64,000 bases of DNA. Origin: Clostridia bacterium (GTDB lineage: Bacteria; Bacillota; Clostridia; Christensenellales; CAG-1252). Shown here piece by piece: positions 21,449 to 32,262 of the stretch (positions are counted from its first letter, which is position 1; each line of letters begins with the position of its first letter). The notes beneath the pieces were generated by a model that had not been told where the DNA came from, searched no databases, and saw only the letters and a program-made list of their open reading frames with translations. Location of the stretch: NCBI GenBank assembly GCA_017394805.1, contig JAFPXC010000007.1, positions 1,093 through 65,092 on the forward strand, given 5' to 3'. The position numbers and the translations under genes are program-made.

Positions 21449-23326
<1,878 letters not shown>

Positions 23327-23357
23327 GACATATCTCCTTTTATGCCGATATACAACC

Positions 23358-23396
23358 ATTTTAACACACACGCCCGAATATTTCAATATGAAATAT
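23358..23396 (-). promoter_or_regulatory. sigmaA promoter of the glg operon, overlapped by a palindromic operator
   Basis: minus strand TTGAAA(23386-23381)-N17-TAAAAT(23363-23358); ATATTTCA-ATA-TGAAATAT at 23378-23396. Confidence 0.65.
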
Positions 23397-23519
23397 AAAA
23401 ATAATTAAAATTATATCGCCCCCGCGCAACCCCGCGCGCCCTCGTCCGCGACGAAAAATATAGCGCACCCCCATCGGCGTATCTCGCATCGCTTGCGGTA
23501 TCTCGCGGTCGGCTTTGCC

Positions 23520-23549
23520 GAATATCCCGCGATGTTTCGCGCCATACTA
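23520..23549 (+). promoter_or_regulatory. sigmaG-type forespore promoter of the VanW/YoaR-like gene
   Basis: GAATA-N18-CATACTA, 5 nt upstream of the ATG. Confidence 0.6.
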
Positions 23550-23554
23550 TCGCT

Positions 23555-24829
23555 ATGAGATTGCGGTTCGTTGGGCTATGGGCGGCGCTATGTATATTCG
23601 GATTCGTATGGGGGCTTTCGTATGGCTACGCGCCCCTCGTTTCGTCCGCGGTTGATAGGGCGGCAGGCGAGGCCGAGACGCCCTCGACCATCCGTGCGGA
23701 CGGCGCTTGCGGCAAGGGCGAAACCCTGCCCGTCGTGTTGGTCGTAGAGGGGCGCGAATACCGCGAAAACGCGTGCATTCCCGCACATTTCCGTCTGTTG
23801 GCGGCCCGCTACGGCGGGTATGACGCCTATTTTTCGCGTATGCTTTCGGCGGGTGCTACGGTGCGGCAGATCCTCAACGCGGCGGCCTATCCGCTGGGTG
23901 ACGGACTTGCGGCGTTTTTGTTGGCGTGGGAGACGCCGCCCGCGTCGGCGCGGGTGACTTTGACGCCCGCGGGCCCGCAGGTGGAGCCGCACCGCGACGG
24001 GTACGTATTCGCGCCCGCCGAGGTGTTGTCGGCGGTGGCGGCCTGTCTTGACGGGCGGCGAAGCGAGCCCTTGCGGTTGCACTATGCCAAAGCCGCCGTC
24101 ACGACCGCCGAAATGCGGCGGCGCACCTCGCTTCTCGCCACCTTTTCCACGCCGTACGCGTACGTGCCGAACCGCGTGCACAACCTATGGTTGGCGGCGG
24201 GGGCGATCAACGCTTATACGCTGTATCCAAACGCCGAATTCAGCTTCAACGCGGTGGTCGGCGACCGCACCGAAGCGCGCGGCTATCGCTCGGCCAAGAT
24301 CATCGCGGACGGCGCTTTCGTCGAGGGCGTGGGCGGGGGCGTGTGCCAAGTGAGCACCACCCTTTACAACGCGGCCATGCTGGCGGGACTTACGCAGGTG
24401 GAAGTGCATCGTCATTCGCTCGCCGTATCCTACGTCGCGCCCTCTCGGGACGCCATGGTCAGCACGTGGAGCGATATGCGTTTCGCCAATCCCTACGACT
24501 ATCCCGTCTATCTCTATTCGGGCGTTGCGAAAGGGCGGGTGACCGTGCGCGTGTACGGGCCCGAAACGGGGCGAAAGATCCGCCTCGAATCCACCTGCAA
24601 AGTGGTGGACGCGCACCGAGATCTGGACGAAGCGGGCAACCCGCTGTCTTCGACCGAAGGCTATCGGCAGACGGTGGCGGGCGTTGACGGCGTGGAGGGT
24701 ACGCTCGTGCGGTTTTGGGGCGACGAGGCGCAATTTTTACGCCGCAATACCTACCCCAAAAAGGACGCCGTTTGGCAAAAAATACCCGACGAAGAGGGGC
24801 AAGACCGGGGCGAACGACCTTCGGCGTGA
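23555..24829 (+). CDS. VanW-domain (YoaR-like) membrane-anchored protein
   Basis: FSFNAVVGDRTEARGY, GVGGGVCQVSTTLYNA, HRHSLAVSYV..RDAMV; N-terminal TM. Confidence 0.85.
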   Translation: MRLRFVGLWAALCIFGFVWGLSYGYAPLVSSAVDRAAGEAETPSTIRADGACGKGETLPVVLVVEGREYRENACIPAHFRLLAARYGGYDAYFSRMLSAGATVRQILNAAAYPLGDGLAAFLLAWETPPASARVTLTPAGPQVEPHRDGYVFAPAEVLSAVAACLDGRRSEPLRLHYAKAAVTTAEMRRRTSLLATFSTPYAYVPNRVHNLWLAAGAINAYTLYPNAEFSFNAVVGDRTEARGYRSAKIIADGAFVEGVGGGVCQVSTTLYNAAMLAGLTQVEVHRHSLAVSYVAPSRDAMVSTWSDMRFANPYDYPVYLYSGVAKGRVTVRVYGPETGRKIRLESTCKVVDAHRDLDEAGNPLSSTEGYRQTVAGVDGVEGTLVRFWGDEAQFLRRNTYPKKDAVWQKIPDEEGQDRGERPSA

Positions 24830-24955
24830 GGGCGTGGCCGCGCGCGGTCGTACATTGCTTTTTTATGTTTATGCATAAAATGCGGGCAAGTTGCCCGAAA
24901 TTTTGAATATTTATACGAGATAATTCGCCGCAATCCACAAAAAAAGGACAAAGGC

Positions 24956-24984
24956 TTGACAAAAACGAACTTCTGTGATATATT
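24956..24984 (+). promoter_or_regulatory. sigmaA promoter of the ABC transporter (leader about 205 nt)
   Basis: TTGACA-N17-TATATT with extended TG. Confidence 0.65.
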
Positions 24985-25196
24985 GTATATGCACGCGCAT
25001 ATATTTGGCGTGAGGGTGGCTCTGCGCCATCGAGGGAAAACGCGGCGAACGCGGGAATGTCTGGGGGACGTGCTCGCACCGAGACCGACGCGACGTCGGA
25101 CTTTGTCGAAAATCGCCGAATGCAGTCGCGTTTTATCGCGTGACCGCGCATATTTATATGGGAGTATCGGATTGCCATTCGGCAACTTGAATTGTT

Positions 25197-28100
25197 ATGT
25201 TAAAACTTGTAGGAATTACCAAAGAGTATCCTTTGGGCAACGAGGAAAAAGCCGTCGCCCTCAAAGGGATAGATTTAGAGTTTAGAAGAAAAGAATTCGT
25301 GTCCGTTTTGGGACACTCCGGCTGCGGCAAAACCACCTTGCTCAATATCATCGGCGGGTTGGATCGCTACACCACCGGCGATTTGTTTATCAACGGCGTC
25401 AGCACCAAGCGTTACAAAGACAAGGATTGGGATACCTATCGCAATCACAGCGTGGGGTTCGTATTCCAGACCTACAATCTTATCATGCACCTCACCGTCA
25501 TCGAAAACGTGGAGTTGGCGCTGACTTTGGTGGGCGTCGACCGCAAAGAGCGCCACGAGCGCGCGCGGCAGGCCTTGGAGGCCGTCGGGCTGAAAGGTGA
25601 GGAGAACAAGCGCCCCAACCAACTGTCGGGCGGTCAAATGCAACGCGTCGCCATCGCCCGCGCCATCATCAACAACCCCGAGATATTGCTGGCGGACGAG
25701 CCGACGGGCGCGTTGGATTCGGATACGAGCGTGCAGATCATGGATATCCTGGCCGAGCTCAGCAAGGACAGGCTTATCATTATGGTCACGCACAACCCCG
25801 AGTTGGCCGAGCAGTACAGCACGCGTATCGTGCGCTTGACCGACGGCAAAGTGGTGGGCGATACCAATCCCTTCACCGAGGCGGACGCCGAGGCCGAGGC
25901 CAAAGAGACGGACGAGGAAGAAGCGGCCGAGTCCGGGGCGCAACCCGACGCGACCGACGCCGCCGCCGAGGGCAAAAAGGAGAGCAAAGTCGGCTTTATG
26001 TCCCGCCGCCGCCGCAAAAAGGAGCGCGACCACACGAGCATGAGCTACAAGAGCGCCTTGCTCCTTTCGGGCAAGAACTTGCTCACCAAGCGGGCGCGTA
26101 CCACCCTGACGGCCATCGCCGGCAGCATCGGCATCATCGGCATCGCCATCGTGCTGGCGCTGTCGTCGGGCTTCTCGAGTTACGTCAACGCCACGGCCGA
26201 GAACTCTTTGTCGCAATATCCGCTCACCATCCAAGGCTCGAGTATGAGCATGAGTTCCTTGGTCAGCATCTTCATGGGCGCCACCCTATCGGGTGGCGAG
26301 GGCTACGAGGCCTACCCCGATACGAGCGAAGTGTCCTTCAATCCCATCATGGGCACCATTTTGGGCCATATCGAGGATATCATCGGCAAGAACGATATCA
26401 AAGGGCTGAAGGCGTATTTGGACGACAACTTCAACAAGGATTGGGGTACGGTCAAATACGACTACGATATCACGATGCACATATACACCGACTTCGATTC
26501 GCAAGGGGCGCTCAACTACTACAAGATCAACCCCTATGCGGCGCGCGTGCAGGACCAGCTCAAAGCGGTCATAGATGTGGGCGAGGGTACGGCGGCCTCT
26601 ACCGTGTTGGGCGGTCTGTCCAAAGAGGACCTCGTCGGTATGTTTAACAGTTACAGCAGTATGTTCAATGTGTGGGACGAGTTGTCCACCGACCAAAAAC
26701 TCCTCGAATCGCAGTACGAACTTATCGGCGGCAGTTGGCCTTCGTCGCCCACCGACGTGGTGTTGGTGGTGGACAAATACAACCACATCGACGACTTCGT
26801 CGCGTTTGCATTGGGTCTTTCCAACCCCAACGACGCGGGCGCGGTCATCGCGGCGGGATTGGATACCGAACACCCCGAAAACAACCCCTTGTATAATTGG
26901 GCGTACACGTCCGAGCAGTTGATGGAGAAGTTGCACTATCAACTGATGCTCGAGAGCTCCTATTACAGTTTCAACGAGGATACCGCCACGTGGGAGTTCG
27001 TGCCCTATCTCCGCTTGGAGAACGATATGACCGACGCGGTCAAAGACCTTATCGAACCCACGCAGAACGGCGTCAAAAACGAGGATTGCCGCGCCGTCAC
27101 CCTCAACGTGTCGGGCGTTATTCGTATGCGCGAGGGGGTTTCCGCCGGCTCCATCAACGGCAATATCGCCTACACCAAAGACCTCGTCAACTATATGATG
27201 CAGACCGCTTTGTCGAGCGATCTGCTCAAAGCGCAACGCGCGATGGCCGTCACCTACAAAGGTCGCGGCGGCGACAACAGCAAGGCAGACAAGATAGAAT
27301 ACTATATGTCCGGCATCAACGCGGCCTCTCCCATCACGGGGCGTACCCTGTTGGGTACGGCGGAGTACTACTACGCGGATGCGGAGGGCGGCGTCGAGAC
27401 CTATCACGACACCCCGCGCTACACCTACGCCGAGGGCGTGACGGCGGCGGATATCACTTTCTTGGAGAAGAGCGGCACGGGCATCACCTTCGAGTCCAAG
27501 TGGGGACAGTACGGCGTCGGCAGTGAGAAGCGTACCGGCTACGATACGTTCGCCAATAGCAAGATGGTCTATCACAAATTGGTCACCACGGGCGACGACG
27601 ACGATTACTACGGTATGTCCGAGGCGGACGTCGTGGGCGAACTCAAAAACGCCGAGTATTGCGAGTGGTTGCACAAGTTGGGCTACGCCATCGAGGAAGA
27701 GCCGTATTCGGTCAGCATCTTCGCTTCGAGTTTCGAGAACAAGGACAAGATCCTCAAACTGTTGGACGACTATTCCGAGACCGAGGGCGGCAGCGAGCTG
27801 CACTACAACGACACCGTGGGCACCTTGATGAGCGGCATCACCCTCATCATTCAGGCCATCACCTACGTGCTGATCGCGTTCTCCAGCATCTCCCTCATCG
27901 TGTCCTCTATCATGATCGCCATCATCACCTACACGTCCGTGATGGAACGCACCAAGGAGATAGGCATTTTGCGCTCCATCGGCGCGCGCAAGAAGGATAT
28001 CACCCGCGTCTTCAACTCCGAGACCTTCATCATCGGCTTGATGAGCGGCCTGCTGGCGTCCTTCGTCACTTGGGTATTGTCCATTCCCGTCAACGCTATT

Positions 28101-28259
28101 TTGTACGGCTATACCAAGATAGCCCACCTCGCGGTGGTGGCTTGGTGGCACCCCGTGCTGTTGGTCGGTCTATCCGTTTTGTTGACGGCGATCGCAGGGT
28201 TTATTCCGTCGAGGATTGCGGCCCACAAAGACCCGGTTCTCGCGCTGAGGAGCGAATAA
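25197..28259 (+). CDS. MacB/FtsX-type ABC transporter, fused ATPase-permease with a very large extracytoplasmic domain
   Basis: GHSGCGKTT, LSGGQMQRVAIARA, LLADEPTG; TM1, ectodomain, then RTKEIGILRSIGA and 3 TMs. Confidence 0.9.
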   Translation: MLKLVGITKEYPLGNEEKAVALKGIDLEFRRKEFVSVLGHSGCGKTTLLNIIGGLDRYTTGDLFINGVSTKRYKDKDWDTYRNHSVGFVFQTYNLIMHLTVIENVELALTLVGVDRKERHERARQALEAVGLKGEENKRPNQLSGGQMQRVAIARAIINNPEILLADEPTGALDSDTSVQIMDILAELSKDRLIIMVTHNPELAEQYSTRIVRLTDGKVVGDTNPFTEADAEAEAKETDEEEAAESGAQPDATDAAAEGKKESKVGFMSRRRRKKERDHTSMSYKSALLLSGKNLLTKRARTTLTAIAGSIGIIGIAIVLALSSGFSSYVNATAENSLSQYPLTIQGSSMSMSSLVSIFMGATLSGGEGYEAYPDTSEVSFNPIMGTILGHIEDIIGKNDIKGLKAYLDDNFNKDWGTVKYDYDITMHIYTDFDSQGALNYYKINPYAARVQDQLKAVIDVGEGTAASTVLGGLSKEDLVGMFNSYSSMFNVWDELSTDQKLLESQYELIGGSWPSSPTDVVLVVDKYNHIDDFVAFALGLSNPNDAGAVIAAGLDTEHPENNPLYNWAYTSEQLMEKLHYQLMLESSYYSFNEDTATWEFVPYLRLENDMTDAVKDLIEPTQNGVKNEDCRAVTLNVSGVIRMREGVSAGSINGNIAYTKDLVNYMMQTALSSDLLKAQRAMAVTYKGRGGDNSKADKIEYYMSGINAASPITGRTLLGTAEYYYADAEGGVETYHDTPRYTYAEGVTAADITFLEKSGTGITFESKWGQYGVGSEKRTGYDTFANSKMVYHKLVTTGDDDDYYGMSEADVVGELKNAEYCEWLHKLGYAIEEEPYSVSIFASSFENKDKILKLLDDYSETEGGSELHYNDTVGTLMSGITLIIQAITYVLIAFSSISLIVSSIMIAIITYTSVMERTKEIGILRSIGARKKDITRVFNSETFIIGLMSGLLASFVTWVLSIPVNAILYGYTKIAHLAVVAWWHPVLLVGLSVLLTAIAGFIPSRIAAHKDPVLALRSE

Positions 28260-28287
28260 TCGGGCGATTGAGGGCGCTGTCCGCGTC

Positions 28288-28330
28288 CTCGCTCATACCG
28301 TGTACGCACAGTACACTGGGCGCTCGTCTC
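28288..28330. repeat. third copy of the GTAC-hairpin element
   Basis: CTCGC..GTGTAC-GCACA-GTACAC..GCGCTCGT matches the core at 9554-9600. Confidence 0.65.
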
Positions 28331-28342
28331 GGTCGTTTGTAT

Positions 28343-28569
28343 ACCCCCTCATTCATCGCAATTCCTTCTCTTCGTAAGAGCAAGGACGAGAAGAGGGGGT
28401 TTTTGTTTGCAACAAAACACGGCAATTCTATTTGGGAAACATATATATTTTAGAATATCCGTTGGCTGTTCCGATTATTGCGCTTCTCAGTGCGAGAACG
28501 GAGAGAGAAACACCCCCTCATTCATCGCAATTCCTTCGCTTTGTGGGAGCAAGGACGAGAAGAGGGGGC
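28343..28569. repeat. two 58-bp direct repeats (28343-28400, 28512-28569), each a long hairpin
   Basis: 26 nt identical + 9 nt variable + 22 nt identical; CCCCCTC/GAGGGGG closing stem. Confidence 0.85.
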
Positions 28570-28624
28570 TTTCGTTTATATGGGCAAAACCGTGAAAAAT
28601 ATTCGCTTTGGGCCGTCGTGGCGG

Positions 28625-28654
28625 TTGACTTGATTTTTTCGGGTGTGCTATAGT
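28625..28654 (+). promoter_or_regulatory. sigmaA promoter of the T-box leader
   Basis: TTGACT-N18-TATAGT with extended TG. Confidence 0.7.
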
Positions 28655-28671
28655 GGATATATAAAGCGTTT

Positions 28672-28950
28672 GAGCGGAAACAAGTAGGCTCGGTATTGCC
28701 TTGGAGAGAAGCGTCGGTCGGTGCGAGACGCGAAGGGTGCCGAGGACCGAATACATTCCGCGAGCTGCGTACGGAAAGGCAACGAGTATGCTACGACGGG
28801 ACGCCGCCCGTGACAGCGGCAAGAGCAATCTTTCGGGGTGGCTCGACGAGGCCCGCGCAGTGATGTGCGGACGAAAAGAGGTGGTACCACGGCGACTGTC
28901 GTCCTCTTTCGCAAAACGCAATGGTTTTGGCGAAGGAGGGCTTTTTATTT
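28672..28950 (+). ncRNA. T-box riboswitch (transcriptional), specifier UAC = Tyr
   Basis: stem I GCGGAA/TTCCGC, AGTA S-turn, AG box AGAGA, GGTG loop, GAA-TAC-A specifier loop (28749-28755), F-box CCGTGA, antiterminator AAAGAGG-TGGTACC..CCTCTTT, terminator 28901-28946. Confidence 0.9.
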
Positions 28951-28990
28951 ACCTTCGCCGAGGCGGCCTTTCGAGGCAAAGGAGAGAAGT

Positions 28991-30769
28991 ATGGAAGCAT
29001 TATTAGCGGCAGCGCGTTCTACGGGCGGCATCGTCCTCATGGCGGTGATGATCGTCCTGTTTTTCGGCGTGATGGTCTACGTGGGCATTTATTGCCGCCG
29101 CAAGGCCAAGGACGTCAACGGGTTCGTGTTGGGCGGCCGAAGCGTAGGCCCGTGGCTCACGGCCTTTACCTATGGTACGTCCTATTTCAGCGCGGTCATT
29201 TTCATCGGTTACGCGGGGCAGTTCGGCTATTTGTTCGGCGTGGCCAGCACCTGGATAGGCATAGGCAACGCCATCATCGGTTCTCTGTTGGCGTGGGTTA
29301 TACTGGGTAGGCGCACGCGCGTTATGACGCAGTATTTGGACACCAAGACCATGCCCGAGTTTTTCGGCAAACGCTTCGACTCCAACGCGCTCAAAATCGT
29401 GTCGGCCGTCATCGTGTTCGTCTTCCTCATTCCCTACACCGCGTCCTTGTTCAACGGCTTGTCCCGTTTGTTCACGGTGGCGTTCGGGTTCTCCAACGAA
29501 AATCTCGCCTATATCATCATCGTCCTCATTATGGCGGTGCTGACGGGCGTCTACGTGTTGGTGGGCGGCTATATGGCCACGGCCATCAACGACTTCATAC
29601 AGGGCATCATTATGCTCGTAGGCATCGTGGCGGTCATCGCCGTCGCCCTCAACGCCAACGGCGGCCTTACGGGCAGTATGGAAGCGCTGGTCGGAGCGGC
29701 CGACGCGGACGGTCTGGCCGGGTGGAAGTACACGTCCTTCTTCGGCGCAATGCCCGTATTTTTGTTCTTCGTCATCATTCTCACGTCCTTGGGCACTTGG
29801 GGCCTGCCGCAGATGGTCAACAAGTTCTACGCCATCAAGAGCGAGAACGACATTCGCAAAGGCACCATCATTTCCACCGTGTTCGCCATCATCGTGGCGG
29901 GCGGTTGCTACTTCCTCGGCGGCTTCGGCCACCTCTTCGTACCGACGGCCGAGTTCACGGCGTACGACGCCATCGTGCCCACCATTTTGGACAAGACCAT
30001 TCGGTCGGACTTCCTCATGGGCATCGTGGTCATTTTGGTCTTGTCGGCCAGCATGTCCACCTTGTCGAGCCTGGTGCTCACCTCGTCTTCTACGTTGACG
30101 CTGGACCTCATCAAGGGGCATATCGTCAAAAAGGAGCGCATGACCGAGCAGCGGCAGATGATCATTATGCGCGTGCTGCTGGCGTGCTTCATCGCCGTGT
30201 CGGCGGCCATCGCCATCGTGCAGAAACTCTACAACGTGTCTACCATCGCCCAGTTGATGGGCGTCAGTTGGGGCGCGTTGGCGGGTGCGTTTCTCGCTCC
30301 CTTCCTGTACGGTTTGTACAGCAAAAAGATAACGAAGGCTTCGGTATGGGCTTCTTTCGCGGTGGGCGTCAGCATCAGCATTTTCTCCTTCGTGTGCAGT
30401 CTTACCAAGGCGACCTTTATGACGGCCACTTTGTCCTCGGGCGAAACGCTCAATTTCGCCAACGCCGTGGTGATGGGCGCCATCGCGATGATAGCGGGGC
30501 TTATCGTCGTGCCTTTGGTCAGTCTGTGCACCTACCGCTACGAGGTCAAGAAGGGTAAGTTGGACACGGCGCGTATGGACGCCGTCTTCTCCTGCTTCCA
30601 AGGTACGGTCACCGTGCGCCGCAAGGATTCTTTGGGCACGGTGGAAGTGGCCGACGAAACCATCGCCGACGTGGCCGGCGCAGAGACGCCCGTATTGGTC
30701 GAAGCGGACGAAACGACCGCTGCCGAGACCGCCGAAACGCCCGCCGCCGACACGCCCGACGAGGAGTAG
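28991..30769 (+). CDS. sodium:solute symporter (SSS, PutP/PanF family), predicted tyrosine transporter
   Basis: FVLGGRSVGPWLTAFTYGTSYFSAVIFIG, WGLPQMVNKFY, ASMSTLSS; about 14 TMs, acidic tail; ATG28991 behind AAGGAG. Confidence 0.85.
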   Translation: MEALLAAARSTGGIVLMAVMIVLFFGVMVYVGIYCRRKAKDVNGFVLGGRSVGPWLTAFTYGTSYFSAVIFIGYAGQFGYLFGVASTWIGIGNAIIGSLLAWVILGRRTRVMTQYLDTKTMPEFFGKRFDSNALKIVSAVIVFVFLIPYTASLFNGLSRLFTVAFGFSNENLAYIIIVLIMAVLTGVYVLVGGYMATAINDFIQGIIMLVGIVAVIAVALNANGGLTGSMEALVGAADADGLAGWKYTSFFGAMPVFLFFVIILTSLGTWGLPQMVNKFYAIKSENDIRKGTIISTVFAIIVAGGCYFLGGFGHLFVPTAEFTAYDAIVPTILDKTIRSDFLMGIVVILVLSASMSTLSSLVLTSSSTLTLDLIKGHIVKKERMTEQRQMIIMRVLLACFIAVSAAIAIVQKLYNVSTIAQLMGVSWGALAGAFLAPFLYGLYSKKITKASVWASFAVGVSISIFSFVCSLTKATFMTATLSSGETLNFANAVVMGAIAMIAGLIVVPLVSLCTYRYEVKKGKLDTARMDAVFSCFQGTVTVRRKDSLGTVEVADETIADVAGAETPVLVEADETTAAETAETPAADTPDEE

Positions 30770-30998
30770 GGCAGGGGGGTTGCCTCGGGCAACCGCGACG
30801 TATCCCCTTTCGGGGCGTGAGGCGGGTGCGATATGCCGTCCATGGCGGGGCGATTTGCGGCCGTCGCCGCGCTTGACGAGATAGGCGGCAGACGTGGCTC
30901 GAAACGGGGTGAAAGCACAAAAAGTAGTGTATTTGGAGTAATTTTGTAAAAAAGTGCAATTATTAAGAAAATTTAACGAAAATTATTTTGCCAAATAT

Positions 30999-31027
30999 TT
31001 GACCTTTTACGCGCGGTATAGTACAAT
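30999..31027 (+). promoter_or_regulatory. sigmaA promoter of the S10 operon
   Basis: TTGACC-N17-TACAAT. Confidence 0.75.
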
Positions 31028-31032
31028 TTCCC

Positions 31033-31215
31033 GTGCTCGGGTGGAGTATGTCTCATTTATCTAACGGATGATGTATGAGGTTACCCGCACCTTAGGGATA
31101 GTTCATAACGGACCAGTCCGATTCGAATCGGGCGCTAACTCGGGGCAAACTTCGGTTTGCCCATAATAATGGGAGATATGAAACACACGAGCAGGAAAAA
31201 AGAGTTAGAAAACTT
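31033..31215 (+). ncRNA. structured 5' leader of rpsJ (probable Clostridia-type S10 r-protein leader)
   Basis: about 195-nt leader with hairpins (CCGATTCGAATCGG; GGGCAAAC-TTCG-GTTTGCCC) and a GATGATG..GAGGTT..CC segment like clostridial S10 leaders (from memory). Confidence 0.5.
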
Positions 31216-31226
31216 GGAGGTAAATT

Positions 31227-31535
31227 ATGGCAGAAAAAACATTGAGAATCAAATTGAAAGCGTACGATCATGACTTGGTAGACGAAGTAGCGAAGAAGAT
31301 CGTGGACGTCGTCACCGCCAACGGTGCGAAGATCAGCGGGCCCATTCCCCTTCCCACCGACAAAGAGGTCATCACCATCTTGCGCAGCCCGCACAAGTAC
31401 AAAGACAGCCGCGAGCAATTTGAACTGAGAACGCACAAGCGTCTTATCGACATCTTCAACCCCAGCCAAAAGGTGGTCATGAGCCTGATGAGCATCGACA
31501 TCCCCGCCGGCGTGGACATCAAGATCAAGATCTGA
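31227..31535 (+). CDS. rpsJ: 30S ribosomal protein S10
   Basis: [28 protein letters not shown]. Confidence 0.97.
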   Translation: MAEKTLRIKLKAYDHDLVDEVAKKIVDVVTANGAKISGPIPLPTDKEVITILRSPHKYKDSREQFELRTHKRLIDIFNPSQKVVMSLMSIDIPAGVDIKIKI

Positions 31536-31595
31536 TAGCGCGCGTATATAAATAGGAATCAATAAAAGAGAATAAATTGGAGGTGAACTTTATCA

Positions 31596-32252
31596 ATGAA
31601 TAAAGCAATCGTCGGAAAGAAATTAGGAATGAGCCAAGTCTTCACCGCAGAGGGCGTCGTAATCCCCGTGACTGTGGTGCAAGCGGGTCCCTGCCCCGTC
31701 ATCCAAGTCAAGACGGTGGAGAAGGACGGCTACAATGCAATCAAAGTGGCGTACGAACCCGCCGTGGCACGCAAAGTGTCCGGTGACCAAAAAGCGTCCT
31801 ACAAGGGCGTCAATCGTCCCACTCAAGGCCAATACGCCAAAGCGGGCGTCGAGCCCATGCGCTATATGCGCGAGCTTCAGGTGGACGGCGAGTACGAAGT
31901 CGGCAAGGTCATCACCTGCGACGTGTTCCAGGAGAACGACAAGGTCGACGTGGTCGGCAAGACCCGCGGTCGCGGTTACACCGGCGTCATCCAACGCTGG
32001 AACCATCATCGTTTGCCGATGAGCCACGGCGCCGGTCCCGTGCACAGAGAGGTCGGTTCTATGGCCGCCAACTCGGATCCCAGCCGCGTGTTCAAGAACA
32101 AGAAAATGGCAGGTCAATACGGTAACGAAAGAGTCACCATTCAAAACCTTACCGTCGTGCGTGTGGATGCAGCCCGCAACTTGTTGCTCATCAAGGGCGC
32201 CATCCCCGGCCCCAAGGGTGGTCTGGTCATCGTGAAGACCACGGTCAAATAG
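31596..32252 (+). CDS. rplC: 50S ribosomal protein L3
   Basis: GKKLGMSQVF, KKMAGQYGN. Confidence 0.97.
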   Translation: MNKAIVGKKLGMSQVFTAEGVVIPVTVVQAGPCPVIQVKTVEKDGYNAIKVAYEPAVARKVSGDQKASYKGVNRPTQGQYAKAGVEPMRYMRELQVDGEYEVGKVITCDVFQENDKVDVVGKTRGRGYTGVIQRWNHHRLPMSHGAGPVHREVGSMAANSDPSRVFKNKKMAGQYGNERVTIQNLTVVRVDAARNLLLIKGAIPGPKGGLVIVKTTVK

Positions 32253-32262
32253 GAGGTAGCAC

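Noticed and set aside
23555-24829. Vancomycin resistance locus
   Set aside because: A VanW domain alone, without vanHAX or vanRS; the promoter points to sporulation.
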